This document shows, piece after piece, positions 41,050 to 52,699 of a stretch of DNA of 64,000 bases (within the stretch, counting starts at the first letter, position 1; every line of letters starts with the position of its first letter). The stretch spans positions 72,354,001-72,418,000 of the forward strand of contig NC_043000.1 of the NCBI RefSeq assembly GCF_006345805.1, in the 5' to 3' direction. The notes under the pieces are model-generated. The model ran no database searches. It was not told the origin of the DNA and worked only from the letters and a program-made list of their open reading frames with translations. The translations under genes and the position numbers were made by a program. Source of the stretch: Octopus sinensis. Its lineage: Eukaryota.

Positions 41050-41990
41050 CGTACGTTTCATGGCTACAATTAAATTCGAATTACAATTAAGTTTAAATTC
41101 AATTGAAATAAATTCGAATTAAAATTATAGTCAATCTTCATGCTAATGGTAATAGTTAAATAAAAATGCAAATAGAGTTAAACAATATTTATTTAATAAA
41201 TAAATAAAATAATAATTCTTCCTATAGAAAAACTCCATCATCTAAATTAGAAACTTAAAACATTAGGATTATTTCCTACAACACATTTATTATATTAAAT
41301 ATTTATTTTTAAGGTAAAAAAAATCTATAGCAATATCTATTTATCTATGAAGATATAATTTGGCTTTAAAAAAAACCCTAATAAACTCTCGAATATCTTT
41401 AACTCAGTTATAGTCCAATATTTAATTACCAAATTTTTTAACAAAATAATCACTATTCATATTTTTAGATTTAAGTTCACATCTAATAATTATAAGATAT
41501 TTAAAAATAAGTATCTAAATAATATATGAACAAATATAGTAATTAGAATCTAAAATTTACTCTATCAATAAATACATAGACATATAATGAAAAATAAATA
41601 AACTAATTAGTCCATTATTATTTACATAAATATTATAAATATCAATATAATATATTTATGAAATACATTTAAAAATCAAATATTAAAAATCAAATCAAAA
41701 ACGTATAACCTATCTTAAAAGAACCATATAACTATTTTACGATCTATATACCTCACTGACTAAGTAATATCTTACACATTACGTACAGTTAAATCTAATA
41801 ATTAAATACATATCATCAACAACTAAATAATTATAGATTCAAATTAACAATCATTAGTTATATAGTATACGATACAATAAAACTTCTTAAAATATCTTAA
41901 AATATCTTAAATAGAAAAGGTTTACTTAGCTTTCGAAAACTGTGTCATTAACTAAAATTTTAAAACGGAAAACGTCTTTTAAGCGCTTAT
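41050..41990 (+). mobile_element. Extremely AT-rich, decayed PLE-like relic
   Basis: Residual SYRKTPSS and YNLALKK resemble the PLE thumb (YRKP...YNEALKK). Confidence 0.3.
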
Positions 41991-42117
41991 AAGAATACTC
42001 GTGGAATTACGTTATTAGCAGAAATAGAATAAACAGATGGAAAAATTCTTTTAACAATGAAAACTATGAATATATTTTATCAAAGAAAATTACGAATAAC
42101 TATTATCAAAGGAAAAT

Positions 42118-42304
42118 ACGGCTATATTTCGTCTGCCGTTACGTTCTGAGTTCAAATTCCGCCGAGGTCTTCTTTGCATTTCATCCTTTCGGGGTCGATA
42201 AATTAAGTACCAATTACGCACTGGGGCCGATGCAATCGACTAAATCCGTGTATCTGTCCTTGTTTGTCCCCTCTGTGTTTAGCCCCTTGTGGGTAATAAA
42301 GAAA
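42118..42304 (+). mobile_element. SINE family B, 5'-truncated, followed by (ATT)n
   Basis: Alignable to 24625-24805. Confidence 0.85.
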
Positions 42305-42322
42305 CAAATTATTATTATTATG

Positions 42323-42397
<75 letters not shown>

Positions 42398-43596
42398 TAA
42401 GATGTATTCCGTCAGGGACGTATCAGAATACAAAGTAGAGCTCGTTCACCTTTATTATTATCAGACAGCCGGTAGTATTACGGTATACTTTCAAGTCTAG
42501 GTTTAGACATTCATCGTGTGCGAAAATAAAATAAAATTGAATAAATAGAGTCAAGAATGAGTACGTTTAGACGGCTATTTAATAAACGCTACACATGCTT
42601 CGATACAACATAGATCCATGTACACACAGGGTCTAAATTAAGTGTATAATGGGATCCAGTTGTATCTCCCTAGGTAATATATAATCACTGTCTCCGTTAG
42701 GAAATCCTTGACTTTGATGCTAACACATCCAACTGGCTCTTTTGAATCTAGTAGACGGTGGCAGTTCCGATTCGCTCGTTTATTACTGTTCTTATTTTAT
42801 TGTTTTAACTAATGTCCATTGTCTGGAAATCTTTTGTTGCATATCTTCGGCGACAGTTTTCATTTCCGTGTGTGTTCTTGCTCCACTTACTCCATTCAGT
42901 TCTTCCAAGATGTGTATCATTATGTGCGCATGCGTTTGAGTTCTCGTTTGTGTCTGTGTATGTGTGTGCGTGTGTGTTTGTGGGGGGGGGGGGTATCATA
43001 GTTTTTAGCAATAGTGTGGCCTTCCCTTCAGCCCCATCTTCTCACACCAATGCGTTACTGTTGTCCTAAGACCACACCAAAAATATCTGGAAAAGCTCCT
43101 GTATTCTTCTGTGTACGTGTGTTCGCCCACGGTGTTTCCATCATGGTAGTTGTTGTTGTTATTGCCATCGCTGTCACGGCCGCTACTGCCGCTGTCGTTG
43201 TTAATTTGTGTTGTTGACATTGTTATGGCCATCCATGAAATGTCTTGTGTGTGTGTTTGTGTGTTTGTGAGTGTGTGTGTGCATGGGTTCACTTCATATG
43301 TTGTATGTATTCATGCTCTTTATATAGTTTCATTTATTTATTCTATCTATCTCTGCCTTATATTTATCGCAGGTATGTGACAAATATATTTATATATTCA
43401 TTTATCTATCTATCTATCTATTTATTTACTTACTTATTTATTTATTTATTTACTTATTTATTTATTTATTTATTTATTTATACATCTGTCTCTATTTCGC
43501 ATAAGTAACACGGGTAAATGCATATATGTCTTTTGTGCATGTATGTTTCCGAGTATTATTTACGATTTTTCCCCTCTCTTCTTATTTTTTCTGTCT

Positions 43597-45570
43597 TTAG
43601 TCATGTGGCGTGTTGTGGTGATGACTGTTACTGCTACATTCTTGTTTTCTATTGAGGCTCGGTCTGCCTACTGTTATGTGTGTAGCCTCTGTGATCTGTC
43701 TAAGTGTCGATAGTACTTTAACTTCTATGCTACTAACTGAGCCTCTATGTTCTGCCTGAGCATGTTGGTAGAGCACTGACGAGCTTTTCTCGTCTTTGAG
43801 CTCTCGCCAATGTTCACATATACGCTCTCCAATGCAGTCTCCAATGCAGTCTCTCCAATGTAGGTAGTTATCATGCTTCTGTATCATCTTTCAGTACATT
43901 GTAAACTATACACTACATTCCTAACCTTACAGTTAACCTGTGGGTTCATATTACATACAACACAATTGTACTCCATACAAAGGGACTTATCAAAGGATAG
44001 GCATTGCAGATCAGGGATTTTAATGGAGCATCAGGCCTCTCTACTACTTTATTTCGTAGATTAGTCTTACTTAATATTTTTCTAAAAAGATGTGCTAGTT
44101 CGCCACCAGGAATACCATCAACGAACGTGGCACTGGTATTTTTTGTTGTCATACCAATTTTTGATCTTATTTATCTTATTACTGGTCCTTTCTGTGTTGT
44201 TACAGGATTTAGTCCTGGCTCCTTTGTACACTCTAATCTTGTCCCTTTGATTGTACCCAGAGAAATGCATGCGGTGGGTGAAGTGTTGTGTGTCGTCCCA
44301 ATTCCATCACTCTTACCAAGTCAGCTATAAGAATATTGAAGTTGGCGTTGTCTGCAATCACTACGTTCTTGTGAACAAGGTTCTTAGAGGCCATGGGTTT
44401 GGCATAATGAGAGTGAAGGATCAGGACCTTAGCGTTCTTCGTTTCTAGTCAGAGTTCAGTGTCTAAAACGGGTAATCAATAAATAGAGTGTTTACTAGAC
44501 TCCTAACCCTAACCCTATACTCTGGTGGATGGAGTTAGCTATTTGTTGGATGCTCTCCATAGTGTTAGCTTCTAGATCATCAACATTTGGCTACTATGTT
44601 CATACTATCTAGAAAGCGGGAGTACATGGTTATGTTTATGGAGTTCTCTGCTAATTTCTCTTTGAGTCTCCTATCCCACCATACCATAAATAGGTTAGCC
44701 ACATCGCCAGCTATACTGAAACCAATGGCTGCACCTTCCTCTTGGGTGTATATCTTGTTACTAAACTTAAATATATGGCCCTTGAGCGTGGTCATGGTAC
44801 TCGCATCCACCGCATGCACAACCATCTTTTTAACTTGATCATTATTTTCGGGGGTCCGTATTAGCTCTGGTCCGCCCATTCCATCTCTCTTTAGAGGTCA
44901 TCTTGGCTATAGAAGTTATTGTGTATGAGTATGTGTGGGGGTGCCTCTACTTCTTATCGATCTAGTGGGACAGAAACAACTAAGGTCGTGTTTATCTAAG
45001 TAACCATTGTCACATGTCAGTCTCAGGAGGAGGCCTAATTCTTCAGTGTCAGCACCACGGAACTCCACATCGCTCTCGCTGATCACCTCCACGCATTTCT
45101 CCGCACCAAAATCAACATCAATGGATGGGTACAGGAACACTACGTCCATACTGCCTATTATGCATCTCGTCAGGTCATGTGCACGGTTGCAGTCATTTAT
45201 TCTGCTGAGGAGCTCCTCTACGCTGTCACACACATCTGGGGATATTTCTATTAGAAGGTATTATCATTGAGAGGAAGTAGGAGATCCGGTAGTCGTTGGC
45301 AACATTGGATCCGCAGACCGGTCTCGTCGGTGGTTCTGTCACTGGGTCAGTAGTTATCTTATGATCCTTGTGCAGTCCATACAGTGCCGGGATGTCATTG
45401 TTGGTGCCCTGGAAGTTTTTGGCCGTTCGCTTCTTTGTTCCTAGGTTGTTTGACCACGTCATCATATGAGATTGAGGATCTTTTCTCTCTCTCTCCTCAC
45501 ACACCCGTATCGTTGTTTCCCTCATATTGGGTAGGTACCCTTCAACGAAAGGGTTTGCATCCCTCAACAG
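43597..45570 (-). mobile_element. Degenerate Penelope-like element, RT with C-terminal GIY-YIG (clade not assigned)
   Basis: IPALYGLHKDHK..PTRPVCG; MDVVFLYPSID; QEEGAAIG..ANLFMVWWD..YSRFLDS; YAKPMAS; PGGELA..KVVER; IGERICEH..LYQHA..EATHI..PSLNRK. Confidence 0.8.
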
Positions 45571-45579
45571 ACGAATGAC

Positions 45580-46110
45580 GAAATAGAAGCACGATTCAGC
45601 ATAGCCAGTACTAAACTTATAAAAATTTTAGAACAAAACACTAGAAGACTCTGCAAGAAGACCACAAGTGGTCTGCGCAAGCGCATACAGCGCACAAGAA
45701 ATAGGGAAGTCGTGTGTTTCCGCACGGAAAAGTCCGGCGGAATATCAGTAGACAGCCTGTCGAACGACATCTAAGTGATGCATCCCCAAATCACCAATAT
45801 GATGTAAACAACGATACGAGAGTATGAGGAGAGAGAGAGAAAGAGAAAGAGAAGATCCTCACTGCTCATATGATGATGTCAAACATCCTAGGAGCAAAGA
45901 AACGCACGGCCAACAACTTCCAGGCTACCAGCAATGACATCCCGGCACTGTATGGACTACGCATACACACAAACAAGGACTCAAATGCATGCGCACATAA
46001 GGATACGCATCTTGGAATAACAGAATGTGGTAAGTGGAGCAAAAATACACATGAAAACGAAAAGTGTTGCTGAAGCGGTCACAGATGTGTGACGAAAGAT
46101 TTCCGGACAA
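45580..46110 (+). mobile_element. Inverted, diverged piece of the same PLE, joined to an inverted copy of 42830-42960
   Basis: 45800-45960 is the reverse complement of ~45370-45540. 45965-46110 is the reverse complement of ~42820-42960. EVVCFRTEKSGG is a TDKSG-like motif. Confidence 0.7.
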
Positions 46111-46164
46111 TGGACATGAGTTAAAACAATAAAATAAGAATAGTAATAAACGAGTGAAAAAAAT

Positions 46165-46332
46165 ATGCCCCTTAATGTTGAGATAAGTTGATATGTAATT
46201 GGACCATTTCATGAATCTGTTACGTTTATTTGCATGAGTACAAGTGTTATTTTTATGCTGATATGTCAGGTAGTTTTCAGACATTAGCGTCTTCTAATAT
46301 GCAGTGCGACTCGTATACGTACTTGTTTGCCC

Positions 46333-46340
<8 letters not shown>
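46165..46340. repeat. ~180-bp dispersed repeat ending in (TA)n; near-identical copy at 61912-62090
   Basis: Direct sequence comparison. Confidence 0.9.
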
Positions 46341-46380
<40 letters not shown>

Positions 46381-46630
46381 ATGTATGTTTGCATGTATGT
46401 ATGTATGTATGTATGTATGTATGTATGTATGTATGTATGTATGTATGTATGTATGTATGTGTTTGTTTTATGCATTTATTCTCATGCATATAGTTGCATA
46501 TCCAGACATGCTCATATATATATATTTAAATGATAAGCTTCTGGAAAGTTTTACAGATTTTTACAGTTCCAGTGAGGGATTGAATGTGTATCCTCCAAAT
46601 TAGCTTTCTCCCTTCTGGTTTTGAGAGGCC

Positions 46631-46960
46631 TAACTTCTCAACATTGGTATTTAGTTACATATCACCAGAGCCCCAATAATTACAGGTATAAATCTGAGCT
46701 TGTAATCTGGATAGAGTAACTGCAGATTTCTCAATAGTTCAGCGTAGGTATTCGCTTTTTCCCTGATCGCCAGCTTTATGTTAACATCCGCAGAGCAGCT
46801 AATTTCCACAACTGTGCACAGTTTCACTTCTCTATCCCAAATCATAATATCAGGTCCGTTGTGCTTACATTTTGCTGAGGTCTTCACCGGGAAATTCCAC
46901 AAGTATTCCTTTTTATTATGAGTGGCTATGGCTTGTACCATTCTGTGGGTTCTTATTTCT
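46631..46960 (-). mobile_element. 3' REL-endonuclease fragment of another R2-group LINE
   Basis: KHNGPDIMIWD..VVEISC..EKANTYAELL..IPVIIGALV. Confidence 0.75.
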
Positions 46961-47163
46961 TGGTCCTCGGGGTTGACCTTCCGAAACTCAGAAGTTATCT
47001 TGGCTATTGAATAATTGTCACATATTATTTTACAGATAAATTTCCTCTATTTACATTATATTGAGGTCTCTTTCTTTCTTTTGTTATCTTACAGTTTTTA
47101 CCAATATATATAATTATATATATATATATACATATATATATATGTATACATATATATATATAT

Positions 47164-47225
<62 letters not shown>

Positions 47226-47241
47226 ATTATGTATATATATA

Positions 47242-47350
<109 letters not shown>

Positions 47351-47560
47351 GTTATTGAAATGGATAAATGAATTATCTTGTTACGGATTATTCAAAAGAT
47401 AACCGATACCTGGGTAGCAAAAATCACAACAGAAAAATCACGGTTGAGGTTACGACCATGGGGTCTCAAACCCGTGCCTTAATGCGGAAATTTGAAGTTT
47501 ATATATTTAGTGTAGGAAGAAATGAAGCTGAACGAAGATTTAACAAAATTCCTTTTTATT

Positions 47561-47646
47561 ATTTTCTACATATGTTTTAAAGGCTGCAAAGTCCCTAATT
47601 CGGATTGAATAATGAGACCATTTTGCAGCCTTCTCTTCAGGAAAAT
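47561..47646 (-). ncRNA. Hammerhead motif in the inverted repeat, G12->A (identical copy at 50023-50108)
   Basis: AUUUUC CUGAAGA, long stem II (AGGCUGCAAA/UUUGCAGCCU), AAAAC AUAU GUA GAAAAU. Confidence 0.7.
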
Positions 47647-47775
47647 CCAGGAACTTAATTCTCCAACAAAATGCACATCAAACTTTTCGACAAACCTCTA
47701 TCAAACGGTAAAGACACGATAAAATCGACCATTCCAGTCTAAAGGTTGAATTCGCGTTCTTCAAACGCCAGACTA

Positions 47776-48516
47776 ATAACACGCAGTAATAATAATAATA
47801 ATAATAATAATAGAACTGGCACAGATATTAGCAACCTCCATGCCAGCCTTGGAGTTAGTAATAGTAATAAGGATAAGAGCAAGGGTAGCGACTTTAACGT
47901 AAGTAATGGTAATAGGGATAAGGGCACTGATCGAGTCAATAATGTAGGGAGTCCCAACAACAATATTAGCAGCGGTTTTAACAACAGTAGTATCACGGAC
48001 ATTAGCAATTACAGCGTTCTCAGTGGCAGGGAGTATACAGGCGATATTGCATTAAATAGTAATGATGATGGGGTTAATAATGTCGAAGACAGCCGTAGTT
48101 TTTACAATCATCATAGTAATAAGAACGCCGTATTAATATCGGAAGCTAACCCCAATAGAATAAGGTTCTTATCTAGTAATTCCAAGATTAGAAGCGCCAT
48201 TTACCAGTGCACAGTTTATACTGATTCAGATGTCTATATGTATATCGGAGCTTCATCATCGAAATTGGCTGTTAGAATATCGAATCATTTCTCAACGTTT
48301 CGCGATTTTGGAAAGCAACACGCTACTGGACTAAGTAAAGTAGTCTGGCGTTTGAAGAACGCGAATTCAACCTTTAGACTGGAATGGTCGATTTTATCGG
48401 TGTCTTTACCGTTTGATAGAGGCAAAAGAATCTGTAATCTTTGCAACTCAGAACTATTTCATATTCTGTTCGCCCAAGGGCAACTTGTTAACTCGATTGT
48501 GGAAAAATTCTTTTAG
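47776..48516 (+). CDS. Asn/Ser-rich region + GIY-YIG endonuclease (PLE type), C-terminal +1 frameshift (original stop probably 48557-48559)
   Basis: SAIYQC..MYIGAS..RISNH..CNLCNSE..LVN. Removing one T from TTCTTTT restores RCPHWRLHTF, matching KCKHWQKHTF in the copy at 63496. Confidence 0.8.
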   Translation: MTRSNNNNNNNNRTGTDISNLHASLGVSNSNKDKSKGSDFNVSNGNRDKGTDRVNNVGSPNNNISSGFNNSSITDISNYSVLSGREYTGDIALNSNDDGVNNVEDSRSFYNHHSNKNAVLISEANPNRIRFLSSNSKIRSAIYQCTVYTDSDVYMYIGASSSKLAVRISNHFSTFRDFGKQHATGLSKVVWRLKNANSTFRLEWSILSVSLPFDRGKRICNLCNSELFHILFAQGQLVNSIVEKFF

Positions 48517-49270
48517 ATGCCCGCACTGGAGGCTGCACACATTTCTTACATTCCAATGAAGTCTAAGATAGTTAACCCCTTGATTTCCTAAGAAAAGAAA
48601 AGAATTTTGAATTAAATTTGTAAGGGGAAATCATTCCCCTATTAGCGTAAGAACTGCTACTTATCTAGAACTGCCTTCAGGGATGTCACTGTTATCCTCC
48701 CATTGTTGACATTCCATCCCTCTACCAACTGGTTACAGACGAACACACAGACACAGTTTTTTTCAGCTGCTTGACCATTAATAGCTGCTATATCTCTCTC
48801 CCTTGCAGCCTTCTAAACACACACTGCCACACATACATAGGCGCACACACACATACATGTAGGCATTTCTCACACCCAAACGCTATAGCACTCATTCTTA
48901 AAACAATTCGAATTTTAACACCAGTCATACAGAATACATTCTCACTCTTTGATTTTCCTGTAGCCCTCTCCCCTGTTAGCCGGATTTTGACCTTGTTTTA
49001 TCGCAACGGACTTTTTCGTCGGCTTTCACCCGGCCTGGCGTCAACGCATATTGAGAGACAGTTCTGTGCCATTTATCCCATGGGCTCCTCGCGAGCGTTT
49101 GTCGAAAAGTTTGATGTGCATTTTGTTGGAGAATTAAGTTCCTGGATTTTCCTGCAAAATGGTCTCATTATTCAATCCGAATTAGGGACTTTGCAGCCTT
49201 TGAAACATATGTAGAAAATAATAAAAAGGAATTTTGTTAAATCTTCGTTCAGCTCCATTTCTTCCTACAC

Positions 49271-49316
<46 letters not shown>

Positions 49317-49607
49317 GCACATGCAAACATATATACATAGAGCATAAAAAATAAAGAATACTTAGAAGAAAATTCATAATTCCTTGACTCGACAGCTGTT
49401 TAGAAAGCTCGGAATTACGTAATAATCGTAATGTTTATAATTTTCCGATGGAATATGCAAAACAGCTTGAGTAAACTCTGACACGGATATATTACAATAA
49501 TATCTGGCCAGATAACCGAAGAGATGGTGTTGTGGATTTCCACCTCGGCATCCGAAACTCAGAGTTTTATCTTGGCTATTGAGATATATACATATATATA
49601 TGTATAC

Positions 49608-49812
<205 letters not shown>

Positions 49813-50238
49813 GTTATTGAAATGGATAAATGAATTATCTTGTTACGGATTATTCAAAAGATAACCGATACCTGGGTAGCAAAAATCACAACAGAAAAAT
49901 CACGGTTGAGGTTACGACCATGGGGTCTCAAACCCGTGCCTTAATGCGGAAATTTGAAGTTTATATATTTAGTGTAGGAAGAAATGAAGCTGAACGAAGA
50001 TTTAACAAAATTCCTTTTTATTATTTTCTACATATGTTTTAAAGGCTGCAAAGTCCCTAATTCGGATTGAATAATGAGACCATTTTGCAGCCTTCTCTTC
50101 AGGAAAATCCAGGAACTTAATTCTCCAACAAAATGCACATCAAACTTTTCGACAAACCTCTATCAAACGGTAAAGACACCGATAAAATCGACCATTCCAG
50201 TCTAAAGGTTGAATTCGCGTTCTTCAAACGCCAGACTA

Positions 50239-50979
50239 ATAACACGCAGTAATAATAATAATAATAATAATAATAGAACTGGCACAGATATTAGCAACCT
50301 CCATGCCAGCCTTGGAGTTAGTAATAGTAATAAGGATAAGAGCAAGGGTAGCGACTTTAACGTAAGTAATGGTAATAGGGATAAGGGCACTGATCGAGTC
50401 AATAATGTAGGGAGTCCCAACAACAATATTAGCAGCGGTTTTAACAACAGTAGTATCACGGACATTAGCAATTACAGCGTTCTCAGTGGCAGGGAGTATA
50501 CAGGCGATATTGCATTAAATAGTAATGATGATGGGGTTAATAATGTCGAAGACAGCCGTAGTTTTTACAATCATCATAGTAATAAGAACGCCGTATTAAT
50601 ATCGGAAGCTAACCCCAATAGAATAAGGTTCTTATCTAGTAATTCCAAGATTAGAAGCGCCATTTACCAGTGCACAGTTTATACTGATTCAGATGTCTAT
50701 ATGTATATCGGAGCTTCATCATCGAAATTGGCTGTTAGAATATCGAATCATTTCTCAACGTTTCGCGATTTTGGAAAGCAACACGCTACTGGACTAAGTA
50801 AAGTAGTCTGGCGTTTGAAGAACGCGAATTCAACCTTTAGACTGGAATGGTCGATTTTATCGGTGTCTTTACCGTTTGATAGAGGCAAAAGAATCTGTAA
50901 TCTTTGCAACTCAGAACTATTTCATATTCTGTTCGCCCAAGGGCAACTTGTTAACTCGATTGTGGAAAAATTCTTTTAG
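50239..50979 (+). CDS. Second tandem copy of the Asn/Ser-rich GIY-YIG ORF
   Basis: Identical translation in the ORF track. Confidence 0.8.
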   Translation: MTRSNNNNNNNNRTGTDISNLHASLGVSNSNKDKSKGSDFNVSNGNRDKGTDRVNNVGSPNNNISSGFNNSSITDISNYSVLSGREYTGDIALNSNDDGVNNVEDSRSFYNHHSNKNAVLISEANPNRIRFLSSNSKIRSAIYQCTVYTDSDVYMYIGASSSKLAVRISNHFSTFRDFGKQHATGLSKVVWRLKNANSTFRLEWSILSVSLPFDRGKRICNLCNSELFHILFAQGQLVNSIVEKFF

Positions 50980-51729
50980 ATGCCCGCACTGGAGGCTGCA
51001 CACATTTCTTACATTCCAATGAAGTCTAAGATAGTTAACCCCTTGATTTCCTAAGAAAAGAAAAGAATTTTGAATTAAATTTGTAAGGGGAAATCATTCC
51101 CCTATTAGCGTAAGAACTGCTACTTATCTAGAACTGCCTTCAGGGATGTCACTGTTATCCTCCCATTGTTGACATTCCATCCCTCTACCAACTGGTTACA
51201 GACGAACACACAGACACAGTTTTTTTCAGCTGCTTGACCATTAATAGCTGCTATATCTCTCTCCCTTGCAGCCTTCTAAACACACTGCCACACATACATA
51301 GGCGCACACACACATACATGTAGGCAATTTCTCACACCCAAACGCTATAGCACTCATTCTTAAAACAATTCGAATTTTAACACCAGTCATACAGAATACA
51401 TTCTCACTCTTTGATTTTCCTGTAGCCCTCTCCCCTGTTAGCCGGATTTTGACCTTGTTTTATCGCAACGGACTTTTTCGTCGGCTTTCACCCGGCCTGG
51501 CGTCAACGCATATTGAGAGACAGTTCTGTGCCATTTATCCCATGGGCTCCTCGCGAGCGTTTGTCGAAAAGTTTGATGTGCATTTTGTTGGAGAATTAAG
51601 TTCCTGGATTTTCCTGCAAAATGGTCTCATTATTCAATCCGAATTAGGGACTTTGCAGCCTTTGAAACATATGTAGAAAATAATAAAAAGGAATTTTGTT
51701 AAATCTTCGTTCAGCTCCATTTCTTCCTA

Positions 51730-51776
<47 letters not shown>

Positions 51777-52699
51777 TGCAAACATATATACATAGAGCAT
51801 AAAAAATAAAGAATACTTAGAAGAAAATTCATAATTCCTTGACTCGACAGCTGTTTAGAAAGCTCGGAATTACGTAATAATCGTAATGTTTATAATTTTC
51901 CGATGGAATATGCAAAACAGCTTGAGTAAACTCTGACACGGATATATTACAATAATATCTGGCCAGATAACCGAAGAGATGGTGTTGTGGATTTCCACCT
52001 CGGCATCCGAAACTCAGAGTTTTATCTTGGCTATTGAGATATATACATATATATATATGTAGTAATATTTATCCCCACTTAAACGTGAATGTTCCGTTAG
52101 AACAAACTATACTGCGGTAGTTACCATGAGAGAAACTTTCAATTGGCTTTTGGTGCAAAATACACTCTTGTTTATATCGCTAGCAGCAAGATAAATCTCA
52201 GCCGAGACCACCAGCTCACGTGATTTCGACCTTCCTTAGTCTCATCAATGATAGACACTCAACCACTAGAGGTACCAGCGATCCATCGTCTCGTCAATGA
52301 AATGTAGAAAAATAGTGCCAGAACAGGTGCTGGTATTACTATTAGTCAGTCAACTTGTTAAAAATATATATATTAGCGACAGAAGCACTATTAATACTGA
52401 GAAGTAATATTATCCCCACTCAAACGTGAATATTTTGTTAGAACAATCTACACTACGGCAATTACCACGAAAGAAACTCTCATATTGGCTTTTGTTTTTC
52501 TATATATTGCTGGCGGAGAGATGGAGGTAAGTAGAGATAGATACCTTAATGCAGAATAAAAGTTTGTTGAACAATTGCTAATATTTGGAATGTATACTCT
52601 TAACTTTGGAAAATGTAAAATACTTCAAATAAATAGAAGTATTTGTTGCTGATGTACAGCTGACAAAGCTGTGTTATAGGGAAAGTAGATTTGATTTTT

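Noticed and set aside
44503-44516. TAACCC telomere-like repeat
   Set aside because: Only two units, inside a PLE coding relic.
47746-47775. Listed start of the 256-aa ORF
   Set aside because: It lies within an inverted duplicate of internal coding sequence and is not a genuine N-terminus.
47776-48559. N-terminal-EN (Naiad/Chlamys-type) PLE
   Set aside because: No RT follows the nuclease; a stop, spacer and HHR repeat come next.
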